64,000 nucleotides of DNA. It comes from a virus. A program made the position numbers and the translations under genes. Positions 29,613 through 38,878 of this stretch are shown here, in pieces. Within the stretch, counting starts at the first letter, position 1; each line of letters begins with the position of its first letter. The notes beneath the pieces were generated by a model, which saw only the letters and a program-made list of their open reading frames with translations, ran no database searches and was not told the DNA's origin. The DNA lies in the IMG/VR virus record IMGVR_UViG_3300018429_000060, positions 27,307 to 91,306 of that record, one strand, 5' to 3'.

Positions 29613-30394
29613 TGGAGGTCGACGAGATGACGTGCGCCCACTGCGGCCGCGTCGGCACCCGCGCGTTCGTGCCGCTGCTGCCCGGCAGCAGCTCCACCTA
29701 CGGACCCTGGCGGTGTCGCTGGGAGCCGGCCTGTATGCGGCGGTGGCAGGCCACGACCGCAGCCCTGGCGCCGGCACCGGCCCCCGTGGATCTGGACGCG
29801 CCCGCCCCACCCGCTGATCCCACCTGGGCGCCTGCGCCTGGCATTCCGTTGGAGGTTCCCGTGACCGATCGCGTACCCGACGCGCTCCCCCCGCACATCA
29901 TGACGGCCGCGCAGCGCTGCCACAGCCGGCTCCTGGACCACGGCTGCGACTTCGGCCTGCTGCTGACCGGCATCGCCACCTGGCAGGTGCGCTACCTGCT
30001 GCCGGCCGCCACGGCCATCAGCATCAACTGGGACGAGCAGGTGCAGCTGCTGGCCGTGCACGCCGGCGACCGCACCCTGTGGCACGTCGACACCGATCCC
30101 GAGGAGCCCCCCGAGGGCGTGCCCGACAGCACGTGGACGGCGGCGCTCGACCGCATCGAGTGGATCCTGCACGACGCGCTGGACAGTGCAGGGCCCCACG
30201 ACCTCGGCTGGCGCCCCCACACCCACGCCGACGGGTGGGAGCTGGAGCTGGCCGTGCACCCCGCCGGCGTGGACGTCCGCGCCGCGGATCTCGCCGCGCT
30301 CGACGAGCTCGCCGCCGCCACCGGCGGCTGGCACCGCCCCCCCGGCCCTGCGCCTGAACCGGCCGCGCCGGGCAGCACCAACACCACCAGTTGA
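29609..30394 (+). CDS. Hypothetical protein (alternative start 29861)
   Basis: GTGA coupling; internal GGAGG + GTG at 29861. Confidence 0.55.
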   Translation: MMEVDEMTCAHCGRVGTRAFVPLLPGSSSTYGPWRCRWEPACMRRWQATTAALAPAPAPVDLDAPAPPADPTWAPAPGIPLEVPVTDRVPDALPPHIMTAAQRCHSRLLDHGCDFGLLLTGIATWQVRYLLPAATAISINWDEQVQLLAVHAGDRTLWHVDTDPEEPPEGVPDSTWTAALDRIEWILHDALDSAGPHDLGWRPHTHADGWELELAVHPAGVDVRAADLAALDELAAATGGWHRPPGPAPEPAAPGSTNTTS

Positions 30395-30403
30395 GGAGCC
30401 CTC

Positions 30404-31282
30404 ATGTCCACCACGACCGTCCGCCGTGGTCGCCGCGCTGCGGTGACCGACGACCGCGTCCGCGAGATCCTGCGCACCGTCCAGATCACCGGCCTGCACC
30501 TCGCCCTGCCGGACCAGCTCGACCCGCGCGAGTACACCGCCGTCAACACGATCCTCACCGCTCTGGGCGGCCGCTGGCATTCCCGGCAGCGCGTCCACGT
30601 GTTCACCGTCGACCCGGCGCCGGCGCTGGCCGCCTACCTCGCCGGCAGCGCCGCGCCACGGCCACCGCAGCCGCCGCGCACCACCGAGGGCTACGTGCCG
30701 ACCCCACCCGCGCTGGCCGCCGAGATCCTGCGCCTGCACACCGACATCGGCGACCTCGACCCGGCCACCGGGGACCAGCTGCGGGTGCTGGAGCCGTCGG
30801 CCGGCGACGGCGTCTTCGTCCACGCCATCCTCGGCGTCGCACCGCGGCCGGTCGCGATCGAGGTGTTGGCGATCGAGCCCAACCCGGAGCGCGCCCGCCT
30901 GATCTGCCGCGACCGGCCGGACCCGAGGGTGACCGTCCTGATCGGCACCCTGGAGCAGTTCTGCCAGGCCCGCCGGACGCGTCTGGCCCACGACGGCCCG
31001 CAGGGCAGCGAGCTGCGCCAGTTCGACCTGGTGGTGATGAACCCGCCGTTCGCCGTCCCCGGCCGGTCCAGTCTGTGGATCGACCACCTCACCCTCGCCT
31101 GGGACCTGCTCGCGCCGGGCGGGACGATGGTGGCGATCGTGCCCGAGTCGCTGGACTATCGCCGCGACCGCCGCCACGACGAGATCCGCGACCTCATCGA
31201 GAGCCACGGCGCGCACCGGCCGCTGGCCCCCGGCGCGTTCACCTCGGTCCACGCCAGGGTGGCGTGGGCCGAGAAGCCCTGA
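30404..31282 (+). CDS. Orphan N6-adenine DNA methyltransferase-like protein
   Basis: YVPTP, VLEPSAGDG (motif I), VVMNPPF (motif IV), LAPGG; no cognate nuclease seen. Confidence 0.85.
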   Translation: MSTTTVRRGRRAAVTDDRVREILRTVQITGLHLALPDQLDPREYTAVNTILTALGGRWHSRQRVHVFTVDPAPALAAYLAGSAAPRPPQPPRTTEGYVPTPPALAAEILRLHTDIGDLDPATGDQLRVLEPSAGDGVFVHAILGVAPRPVAIEVLAIEPNPERARLICRDRPDPRVTVLIGTLEQFCQARRTRLAHDGPQGSELRQFDLVVMNPPFAVPGRSSLWIDHLTLAWDLLAPGGTMVAIVPESLDYRRDRRHDEIRDLIESHGAHRPLAPGAFTSVHARVAWAEKP

Positions 31283-31431
31283 CCCTCTCCCCCGCGCACC
31301 GCCGGAATAGCGCGCAAAACAATTGCGAAAATTGACCCCATAAATGGGTTCATTAACTGGCTATTGGCGCGCCATTGGATTATGATATTGGTATCAGATA
31401 ACGAGCAATAAGACATAGAACGGGAGATGTC

Positions 31432-31617
31432 ATGTACGAGGTTGAGGAGCCCGAGCACTGCGAGGTCTGCGGCCACTTTCACCGTGAGCCGGTCTGTTCC
31501 CCGGAGGCTCCTCTGTTCGCTCCCGGCGAGTCGTGCGGCTCGTACCTCTGCTGCCAGCCCGGCGGGTTCGGCGAGGGTCACCGGCCCGGCCGGTCGTACC
31601 TGCGCTACCAGCCCTGA
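31432..31617 (+). CDS. Small Cys-rich protein
   Basis: GGGAG RBS; directly after class B promoter. Confidence 0.55.
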   Translation: MYEVEEPEHCEVCGHFHREPVCSPEAPLFAPGESCGSYLCCQPGGFGEGHRPGRSYLRYQP

Positions 31618-31842
31618 CCCCCACGAAAGGACGTCATGCACTCCTCCTGCGACCGGGCGCCCATGGCGGGGCGGGAGCCCCGCACCCCGATCTGCTGCCT
31701 CACCCACGACCGCGCCAACTACCGGCGGCGCTCCCGGCGCCGCCAGGGCCGTGAGACCCGTCGCCTGGGCGACGCGGCGATCGCCGCCCGCTCCGCCGCC
31801 CGCTGACCCCCCCGTCGACCAACCCCGGAAGGAGCCCCCGAC

Positions 31843-32031
31843 ATGCGCAACGCCCGCGGCCGCGGTGGTTGGCACCCCGACGCCCCGATGATCACCAGCA
31901 AGCGGACGCTCGACCCCAACCCCAGCGCCGTGAAGCGCATCTCGTCCGCGCTCACCCGCAAGCGGCGCGCGGCCGACAGCCGCGCGGCCCGCCGTGCCCG
32001 CGTCCACCTCACCCGCGCCCACCAGGGCTGA
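31843..32031 (+). CDS. Small basic hypothetical protein
   Basis: GGAAGGAG RBS. Confidence 0.5.
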   Translation: MRNARGRGGWHPDAPMITSKRTLDPNPSAVKRISSALTRKRRAADSRAARRARVHLTRAHQG

Positions 32032-32057
32032 CCGCTCCAGCGAAAGGAGTCCCCATC

Positions 32058-32390
32058 ATGTCCACCCCGATCACCCCGGCGGCCGCGCCGGCGGCCGCGA
32101 GGCTGCTGAGCGGCCCCGAGGTGATGGCCCTCGCCGCGATCATCGCCGCGGCCCAGACCGGCGAGACGGTGGCGCGAGTGGACGCTGCGGAGCCCCGCGC
32201 GGGCGTGACCCGCGGCACCGCCCGCAGCGTCGGCGACCTCAACGGCGTGTTCCTCGCCGCCCACGCCGACGTGCGCGACTCCTACCTACGGGTCACCACC
32301 GACCACGGCTGGGACGTGTTCTGGCCCGTCGCCGAGCTGGCCGCCGAGTACGTGACCGGCGAGTTCGTGATCCGCCCGGCCGCGGTCTGA
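32058..32390 (+). CDS. Hypothetical protein
   Basis: GAAAGGAG RBS, ATG 32058. Confidence 0.65.
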   Translation: MSTPITPAAAPAAARLLSGPEVMALAAIIAAAQTGETVARVDAAEPRAGVTRGTARSVGDLNGVFLAAHADVRDSYLRVTTDHGWDVFWPVAELAAEYVTGEFVIRPAAV

Positions 32391-32548
32391 ACCACCCCCG
32401 CGAAGCGCGAATGGGGCGCCATCAATTGTGAGTGGTACCACACACAATTAATGGCGCCCAATTCCCTTTATAACTGGCATTCACAAGGGCGGTCAATTAG
32501 GATAATGGTGTTAGCAAAAACCACCAAAGAATTGTGAGGAATAGGGCC

Positions 32549-32950
32549 ATGGGCGTAGCACTGTCGGTCGAGGACATCACCGTGCAGGACCTGGACCGCG
32601 CCGACATCGCCGAGGAGTACGCCATGCTCGACGAGTGCGGCGACCTGCCGACCGACGAGGCCAGGACCTACTTCACCCACTACGGGCACCGGGTCTCCAT
32701 CAACCTGGTCGACGCGGCCGGCGAGCACGTCACGCTGGACGCCGACGCGGCCGGGTTGGCCGCGGTGGCCACCGTCGAGGCCGAGGTCAACGCCGCGCTC
32801 GTCGCCGCCGGCGCCGCCAGCGCCGAGCTGGGCTGGGGGTTCTCGGCCTACGCCTTCTGCTCGTGCCCGTGCTCGCCCGGCTTCATCGTCCAGGGCACCG
32901 GCACGCAGAAGACCGCGACCGTGCGGCTGCGGGTCACGCAGTCCGCCTGA
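32549..32950 (+). CDS. Hypothetical protein
   Basis: FSAYAFCSCPCSPGFIV motif seen in small phage proteins; class B promoter upstream. Confidence 0.7.
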   Translation: MGVALSVEDITVQDLDRADIAEEYAMLDECGDLPTDEARTYFTHYGHRVSINLVDAAGEHVTLDADAAGLAAVATVEAEVNAALVAAGAASAELGWGFSAYAFCSCPCSPGFIVQGTGTQKTATVRLRVTQSA

Positions 32951-32954
32951 ACCG

Positions 32955-32991
32955 ATGCCAGGGGGTGAGGCGCCGCCTCACCCCCTGGCAT
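32955..32991 (+). terminator. Perfect 17-bp hairpin after stop codon
   Basis: ATGCCAGGGGGTGAGGC-GCC-GCCTCACCCCCTGGCAT. Confidence 0.6.
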
Positions 32992-33025
32992 TCCGCCGCC
33001 CCCAACCCCAGCAGAGGAGCACCCC

Positions 33026-33338
33026 CATGCCCACCCTGACCGACCCCGCCGCGGGCGCCGAACTCGTCGACTTCGCCGACCCCGACACCTGCCCCGTCGA
33101 CCCCACCGACACCGACCCCGCCTACCTCGCCTTCCTCGCCGAGCTGGTCGCCGACGACCAGCGCGCCGCCGCCCGCCGCGGCACCCCCGCCCCGCGTTCC
33201 TGGGGCGACCGGCTCAGCGCCACCGACTACTTCTGCCCCACCTGCTGGTACGCCGGCCTCGGCGACGGCAGCCACAGCGACACCCACCCGCCCTGCGACC
33301 CGCCCGGCACCGTCCGCGGCCCCTACGACCCCCGGTGA
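33026..33338 (+). CDS. Hypothetical protein
   Basis: GAGGAG RBS. Confidence 0.55.
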
Positions 33339-33646
33339 CCGCCATGACCACCCCGCCCACCCCGCCCACCGAGGTGACCTACGACGTGACCGTCGTCATC
33401 AGCGTCGACTGCGCGAACGGTCCGCTCGCCGCGGCGTTCCGCGGCTGGGACCAGATCACGGCCCTCCAGGCGCCCGTCGTCACCGTCGTGCACCGCCACC
33501 CAGCCGGCGGCGAGCCCACCGAGGTCGACTTCGAGCACTACGACCGCACCTCCGACCCCAGCTGGAGCCACTACGAGGCCACCGGCGAATTCCTTACGCG
33601 ACCCGACGACGATGACGAACCCGCAGAGGCTGGAGACCACCCATGA
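33335..33646 (+). CDS. Hypothetical protein
   Basis: GTGA coupling. Confidence 0.55.
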   Translation: MTAMTTPPTPPTEVTYDVTVVISVDCANGPLAAAFRGWDQITALQAPVVTVVHRHPAGGEPTEVDFEHYDRTSDPSWSHYEATGEFLTRPDDDDEPAEAGDHP

Positions 33647-34137
33647 CCACCCCGACCATCCCGGCCGTCGACCCGGCCGCCCCGACGGCCGCTCAGGCCC
33701 TGCTCCCGGCGTCCGTGGCGCTGCCGACCCACGCCGCCGTCCGCGTCGCCGAGCTGCGCACCCTGCTCCAGCACATCCGCCTGGCCCAGCTCACCACCGC
33801 CGGCGCCGTCGAGCGCTACGTGATCCAGCTGGCCGCGGACCTGGAGTCGACCATCGTCGTGCCGCTGCCCGTGGTGGTGCGCGTCGACGCCGAGAACGGC
33901 CAGGCCACCCTCATCTGCCCCCACCCGCGCTGCGGCGCCGTCGGCTCCATCCACGAGGAGGACCGCGCCGGCCGCTGGAACACCGCCCACGAGGCCGAGG
34001 CAACCCCGGACGGCCGGCTGCGCTGGATCCAGTGGGGCCTGGGCGACAGCAACGGTTTCGAGCACGAGCGCCACTTCTGCGACAGGTGTCTGCGCCCGGT
34101 CACCATCGACGAGACCGTCGAGCACGGCTACCTCTGA
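33643..34137 (+). CDS. Hypothetical zinc-ribbon protein
   Basis: ATGA coupling; CPHPRC..CDRC. Confidence 0.6.
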   Translation: MTTPTIPAVDPAAPTAAQALLPASVALPTHAAVRVAELRTLLQHIRLAQLTTAGAVERYVIQLAADLESTIVVPLPVVVRVDAENGQATLICPHPRCGAVGSIHEEDRAGRWNTAHEAEATPDGRLRWIQWGLGDSNGFEHERHFCDRCLRPVTIDETVEHGYL

Positions 34138-34353
34138 CAGCGCGAAGCCCGGAGTCCCACGACAACGCGGGCGCATCCGGGCCTCTTCGGCCGACTCCGC
34201 GGAACGGCCTACTGGCGAGAACGCTAGCACCGAGCCACCGACGTCACCAACCCATAACCGTGCGTTACCGTGGCCGCGCGGTGGCGGCGTTTCGACAGGA
34301 GCCTGCCAGCTCCGCACCACAACCCGACCAGCGCGAAAGGGGCTCCCACCGGC

Positions 34354-36222
34354 ATGGCTGTCGTCGTCCACGTCTACGGGGTTCCGCCGGTCCTGCACGG
34401 CGAGCGGGTCCGGCTGCCCGCCGAGGTCGACGAGCAGCTGTCCTTGGCGCACTGCCTGCGCGAAGACCTCGTCACGCTGGAGCACCAGCGGCAGGACGCG
34501 GTCACCGCCGTCTGGTCCAGCTACCCGCAGATCGCCGCGATCGAAACCCAGCTCACGGCCGCCGAGACCGAGCTCACCGACCGTTCCGCGGCCGCGGCCG
34601 CGGAACGGTCCGCGGCCCGCAAGAAGGGTCCGACCGAGTCCTCCGAGGCGGTGCGTCAGCTCAAAGCCCGCATCAAGGACCTGCGCAGCCAGCGCCGCAC
34701 CGCCATCGCCGACGCCCACCCGACCGCCACACCGCGGCTCACCGCGATCGCCGACGCCCACCGCGCGGCCATCAAGGCCCTCTACGCCGACTACAGCCAG
34801 GGCCGCGGCCTGTACTGGGCCACCTACAACGACGTCGTTGCCCATCACCAGGTCGCCACCAAGAGGGTCGCGGCCGAACGCAAAGCCGGCCGCCCCGCCA
34901 ACATTCGGCATCACCGCTACGACGGCTCCGGCAGCATCACCGTGCAGCTCCAACGCCAGACCGGCGCACCGCCCCGGCTGCCGGCCACCATCGCCGACGA
35001 GCAGAACGGCCCCTGGCGCAACGTCCTGTACCTGACACCCTGGGTCGACCCCGACACCTGGGCCACCCTGGCGCGGGCCGAGCAGCGCCGCCGCCGCCTC
35101 GGCGTCGTTCGCCTCGACCTCGGCAACAAGCGCCACCTCAGCATCCCGGTGCTGGTCCACCGCATGTTGCCGGCGGACGCCGACATCACCAGCGCCCGGC
35201 TCGTCGTCCGCCGCGTCGCCGGCCACCGCAAGATCGAGCTGCACGTCACCGCCAGGATCAAGGATCCGGTGACCCGCTCCGGCGGGCCGGCCGTCGCCTT
35301 GCACCTCGGCTGGCGCCGCGAGGACGGCGGCGCCGTGCGCGTCGCCACCTGGCGCAGCACCGCCCCTGTCCACGTGCCGGACGACCTCAACGACCTGGTG
35401 CACGCCGACACCGACCACACCGGCACCATCTCCCTGCCCGCGCGCTGGTGGCACCGGGTGTCCACCCAGCCCGAGATGGCGGCCCGACGCGCCACCTCGC
35501 TCAACGACATCCGAGACCAGCTCGTCGCAGCCCTGACCGACAACCCACTCACGATCACCGCAGACGACGAGGACGCTCAGCCGGTCCCGACCGCCGCGGC
35601 GGTCGCGACGTGGCGTTCACCGGCCCGGTTCGCCCACCTCGCACGCACCTGGGCCACCGACTGCCCCGCAGGCCACCAGGCCACCGCCGCCGCCCTGGAA
35701 AACTGGCGACGCAGCGACCGCCGGCTCTGGGAACAGCAGGCGCACGGCACAGCCAATACCCTCGCGGCCCGCGCCGATGCCTACCGACGGACGATGTCCT
35801 GGCTACTGACCGGCGCCAGCCGACTGGTCCTGGACAACACGGCCATCGCCGACCTGGCCCGCCGCGCCGATCCCGCGACAGAGCCCACCCTGCCCACCGC
35901 GGTCACCGACCGGGTGGCCCACCAACGCATCGGCGCCTCACCCGGCCAACTCCGCAGCATCGCCACCACCACAGCGAACTCCTACGGCGTGGCCGTCGCC
36001 GTCATGCCCCACACGGGCATCACCCGCACCCACTACCGATGCGGACACCTCAATCCAGCCGACGACCGCTACTCGGCCGCCCGGATCGTCACCTGCGACG
36101 GCTGCGGTCAGCACTACGACCAGGAATCATCCGCAACCCTCATGCTGCTCGCCGCGAGCGGCGACGTGGCAGCACCCGGCAGCGCCACCGCTCGCAACCC
36201 CGACACCAGCGCACACGCGTAG
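34354..36222 (+). CDS. cas12m: Type V-M CRISPR effector Cas12m (V-U1/C2c4), 622 aa
   Basis: Blocks recalled from Mycolicibacterium Cas12m: QL.LAH.LREDLV, WSSYP, LYWA..N.V..HH, RHHR.DGSG.I.VQLQRQ.GAPPR, VHR.LPADADIT, VALHLGWR (His in RuvC-I), TRTH.RCGH.NPADDRY, CDGCG..YDQ; array directly downstream. Confidence 0.93.
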   Translation: MAVVVHVYGVPPVLHGERVRLPAEVDEQLSLAHCLREDLVTLEHQRQDAVTAVWSSYPQIAAIETQLTAAETELTDRSAAAAAERSAARKKGPTESSEAVRQLKARIKDLRSQRRTAIADAHPTATPRLTAIADAHRAAIKALYADYSQGRGLYWATYNDVVAHHQVATKRVAAERKAGRPANIRHHRYDGSGSITVQLQRQTGAPPRLPATIADEQNGPWRNVLYLTPWVDPDTWATLARAEQRRRRLGVVRLDLGNKRHLSIPVLVHRMLPADADITSARLVVRRVAGHRKIELHVTARIKDPVTRSGGPAVALHLGWRREDGGAVRVATWRSTAPVHVPDDLNDLVHADTDHTGTISLPARWWHRVSTQPEMAARRATSLNDIRDQLVAALTDNPLTITADDEDAQPVPTAAAVATWRSPARFAHLARTWATDCPAGHQATAAALENWRRSDRRLWEQQAHGTANTLAARADAYRRTMSWLLTGASRLVLDNTAIADLARRADPATEPTLPTAVTDRVAHQRIGASPGQLRSIATTTANSYGVAVAVMPHTGITRTHYRCGHLNPADDRYSAARIVTCDGCGQHYDQESSATLMLLAASGDVAAPGSATARNPDTSAHA

Positions 36223-36328
36223 GCTCTCCCCCCAGCCAGCACCGACGCACCTTGAAACCTGAACCTCTAGACCAGCGCTCGCGATGATCTCCATGTGGCC
36301 TGGTCAATCGCGTCTCGTACAGCGAGCT

Positions 36329-36913
36329 GTCGCAACGCCTGCGTCGGGGCCTCGTGCCGACGACGAGTCGATCTGGCGGGAGGCTTGTCGACTCCCGGAG
36401 CTGTCGCAACGCCTGCGTCGGGGCCTCGTGCCGACGACCTCTGCACAAGCGCCGGGACGTGCTCGACACGACCTGGTCGCAACGCCTGCGTCGGGGCCTC
36501 GTGCCGACGACCTCTGCACAAGCGCCGGGACGTGCTCGACACGACCTGGTCGCAACGCCTGCGTCGGGGCGTCGTGCCGACGACGATGCGCCCACAGCCT
36601 GGTCGCACCGCCTGTGTCGGGGCGTCGTGCCGACGACTATGCCCCTTCGTGTGGCGGTGCTGTGGTGGCCGAGTGGTCGCACCGCCTGCGTGGGGGCGTC
36701 GTACCGACGACATGCTGATGAGTGATGTTGGGTCGCGGTGGTGACGTCGCACCGCCTGCGTGGGGGCGTCGTACCGACGACGCGGATGCATCCAGCCGAG
36801 CGCGTTCGCGCTCCAAGTCACACCGCCTGCGTTGGGGCTTCGTACCGACGACACGGTTCTGGTGTCGGTCATACACGGCGCATCGCCTGCGTGGGGGGCG
36901 TCGTGCCGACGAG
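36329..36913 (+). CRISPR. CRISPR array, 9 repeats / 8 spacers
   Basis: 36-nt repeat GTCGCAACGCCTGCGTCGGGGCCTCGTGCCGACGAC at 36329, 36403, 36476; variants at 36549, 36602, 36676, 36746, 36817, 36877. Spacers 38, 37, 37, 17, 38, 34, 35, 24 nt; 3' stem CGTCGG/CCGACG + AC. Confidence 0.97.
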
Positions 36914-36945
36914 ATGTGACACCTCACGGCGCGGTGGCGAGCCGG

Positions 36946-37851
36946 CTAGTGGTGCACGTCGAGGTAGTCGGCGATCATCTGGTCGAGTAGCTGCCACGGC
37001 TTGCCGGGCTCGACGGTTCCCGAGTCCACCGCCGCCTTCAGGGCGCGGGTCAGGGCGGCCGCGGTGGCTGCCGGCACGGTGCGACTGCCCAGCACGACCT
37101 CCAGGCCCACGTGGCCGCGGTGTCGCGGTTCGGTGGACATCGGGTCCAGGTAGCCGTCCTGCAGGTCGGTCAGGTGTCGTTCGGTGAGCGCGACGAGGAT
37201 GCCCATGGCGGTGGCCACGTTGCCCACGTTGTGCGCCGAGTGCGCCGAGGCGAGCGCGTCCAGGGTGGGCTGGTAGTCCTGGTAGGCGGCCAGCCACCGT
37301 TCGTCGGAGGTGCGGCCCAGCTGGTCCAGGGCGTCGCGGGCGGCGTCGGCCTCGCCGGCCAGGAACACCAGGTTCACCGTGTGGAAGGACAGGTTGGCCT
37401 CCGACAGCGGTTCCAGCGCGATCCGATCGAGCAGGTCCAGGGTCTTGTCGTCCAGGCCGGCGTAGGCGCGTTCGTCGATGTCGTCGATGCCGTCGTAGAG
37501 CTGTTTGAGGATGGCCAGGTCGTCGTCGCCCTCGATGGCGTTGTGCGACAGCTGCATCGCTAGCTGCCGCGCCTTGGGTAGGTCGTCGGTGACGAGCAGG
37601 AACCAGGCTTCCTCCAGGTCGGCGGCGATGCCGGCCTGGACTCGGTGGTTGCCCGACAGCACCAGCTCGTGGCCTTCTGCGTACTCGCCGGCGCCGCTGT
37701 AGATGAGCGGGGTGGAGGTGAGGGCGCCGTCGGTGCGGATGTTGGAGACGAGCCGGTCGAACTGTTCCTTGGTCATGTAGCGGGCGTTGACGTCGAGCAG
37801 GGTCAGGTCGGTCAGCCGGCGCCGCACCGGCAGCGGCTCGGACAGCCTCAC
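36946..37851 (-). CDS. ParB/Srx N-terminal domain protein
   Basis: NARYM...FDRLVSNIRTDG, VLSGNHRV, QLSHNAIEG; GTGA coupling. Confidence 0.85.
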   Translation of the reverse strand: MRLSEPLPVRRRLTDLTLLDVNARYMTKEQFDRLVSNIRTDGALTSTPLIYSGAGEYAEGHELVLSGNHRVQAGIAADLEEAWFLLVTDDLPKARQLAMQLSHNAIEGDDDLAILKQLYDGIDDIDERAYAGLDDKTLDLLDRIALEPLSEANLSFHTVNLVFLAGEADAARDALDQLGRTSDERWLAAYQDYQPTLDALASAHSAHNVGNVATAMGILVALTERHLTDLQDGYLDPMSTEPRHRGHVGLEVVLGSRTVPAATAAALTRALKAAVDSGTVEPGKPWQLLDQMIADYLDVHH

Positions 37852-38288
37852 CGCAACGGTCCCCGCACCACGCCGGCGGCCTCGTCGACGATCACCAGGT
37901 CGGCCGACAGTCCCTTGATCGGACCCGGCTGCCGTGGTCGCACCGCCGCGGCGTACTCGGCGGCGGCCACCGCCGCCAGCAGGCGCGGCCGGTCCTGCTC
38001 GGTGTCGCCGTAGATGGCCACCGCGCCGTCGACCAGCTGCACGCGCCATCCGTCGCCCGACCACACCACCCCACCCGGCTCGTCCGGCTCCGGCAGCAGC
38101 GCCTGCGACTGACTGATCAGCCGCACGGCGTGGCTCATCTGCTGCCCGGCGGCCTGCAGCGCCGGCACCAGCTGGCCCAGCCACGCGGCCACCTCGCCCA
38201 GCGACGCCACCAGCTCCCGCTGCAGCCGGCCGTGCGTCTCGTCCGGGTCGGAGGTGTCGTCCGGGTCGGTGTCGGGGAAGCCGGTCAT
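37848..38288 (-). CDS. Hypothetical protein with terminase Walker-B-like tail
   Basis: AGGAG RBS; ends IKGLSADLVIVDEAA. Confidence 0.6.
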   Translation of the reverse strand: MTGFPDTDPDDTSDPDETHGRLQRELVASLGEVAAWLGQLVPALQAAGQQMSHAVRLISQSQALLPEPDEPGGVVWSGDGWRVQLVDGAVAIYGDTEQDRPRLLAAVAAAEYAAAVRPRQPGPIKGLSADLVIVDEAAGVVRGPLR

Positions 38289-38878
38289 AGTGCGACTCCT
38301 GCGTGTTGGTCGTGCATGATGTCGCCGGTCCACAGCGCGAGCTCGGCGGCCAGGACGAGGTCGTCGTGGCCGGTGGACGCCTCGTGCTTCTGGTAGCCGG
38401 TGCTGGTGGGCCGGGCGCGGAACCGGCCGAGCTGGTCCCCGAACGCCCGCGCGTTGGGCAGCTCCGGGGGGATGGTCACGCCGCGTTGTTCCAGGGCGAC
38501 CTGCAGCACCTCGGTCAGACGGTGCTTGCCCACGACGTACTCGTCGGGGTTGCTGTGGGTCAGGGTGCGGCCGGAGCTGATGCTGACCGCCACGATGTGC
38601 AGGTCCGGGCCGGCCTTGCGGGCCATCTCGACGACCGCGGCGCCGATGCCGGTGGCGTCGATGGTGGCGACCACCGGGTAGCCGGCGTCGACGAGCTCCT
38701 GGGCGACGGTGACCAGCAGGTCGGCCAGCTGCTGGTACGGGGTGCCGAGCTCGATGTTGCCGATGGAGAGCAGGTCCCACAGCGGCCGGTGCGAGTTCGG
38801 CCGCAGCCCCACGGTGCGCAGCGCGGCGAGCGCCGCCGGGTCCTGCTCCTTGCCGACGTCGAGGCCGAGCGAGATCAC
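38285..38878 (-). CDS. Stand-alone terminase large subunit nuclease (RNase H-like) domain
   Basis: LGLDVGKEQD, IDATGIG, HDDLVLA..LA.W: acidic catalytic set intact. Confidence 0.85.
   Translation of the reverse strand: MISLGLDVGKEQDPAALAALRTVGLRPNSHRPLWDLLSIGNIELGTPYQQLADLLVTVAQELVDAGYPVVATIDATGIGAAVVEMARKAGPDLHIVAVSISSGRTLTHSNPDEYVVGKHRLTEVLQVALEQRGVTIPPELPNARAFGDQLGRFRARPTSTGYQKHEASTGHDDLVLAAELALWTGDIMHDQHAGVAL

Noticed and set aside
30404-31282. Complete restriction-modification system
   Set aside because: No restriction nuclease or specificity subunit recognised nearby.
34354-36222. IS605 TnpB / transposon call
   Set aside because: Size, Cas12m-specific blocks, His at RuvC-I and an adjacent array; no tnpA or IS ends seen.
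36365-36876. Self-targeting spacers within the window
   Set aside because: Only 11-13-nt matches found by eye (spacer 2 near 45054, spacer 5 near 49414, spacer 8 near 8589), compatible with chance in GC-rich DNA; a proper search is still needed.
36140-37187. ORFs overlapping the CRISPR array
   Set aside because: Repeat-derived translations.
36946-37851. Partition ParB for the parA at 4061
   Set aside because: parA already has a coupled RHH partner; this ParB-N gene has no evident HTH and lies in the modification/packaging operon.
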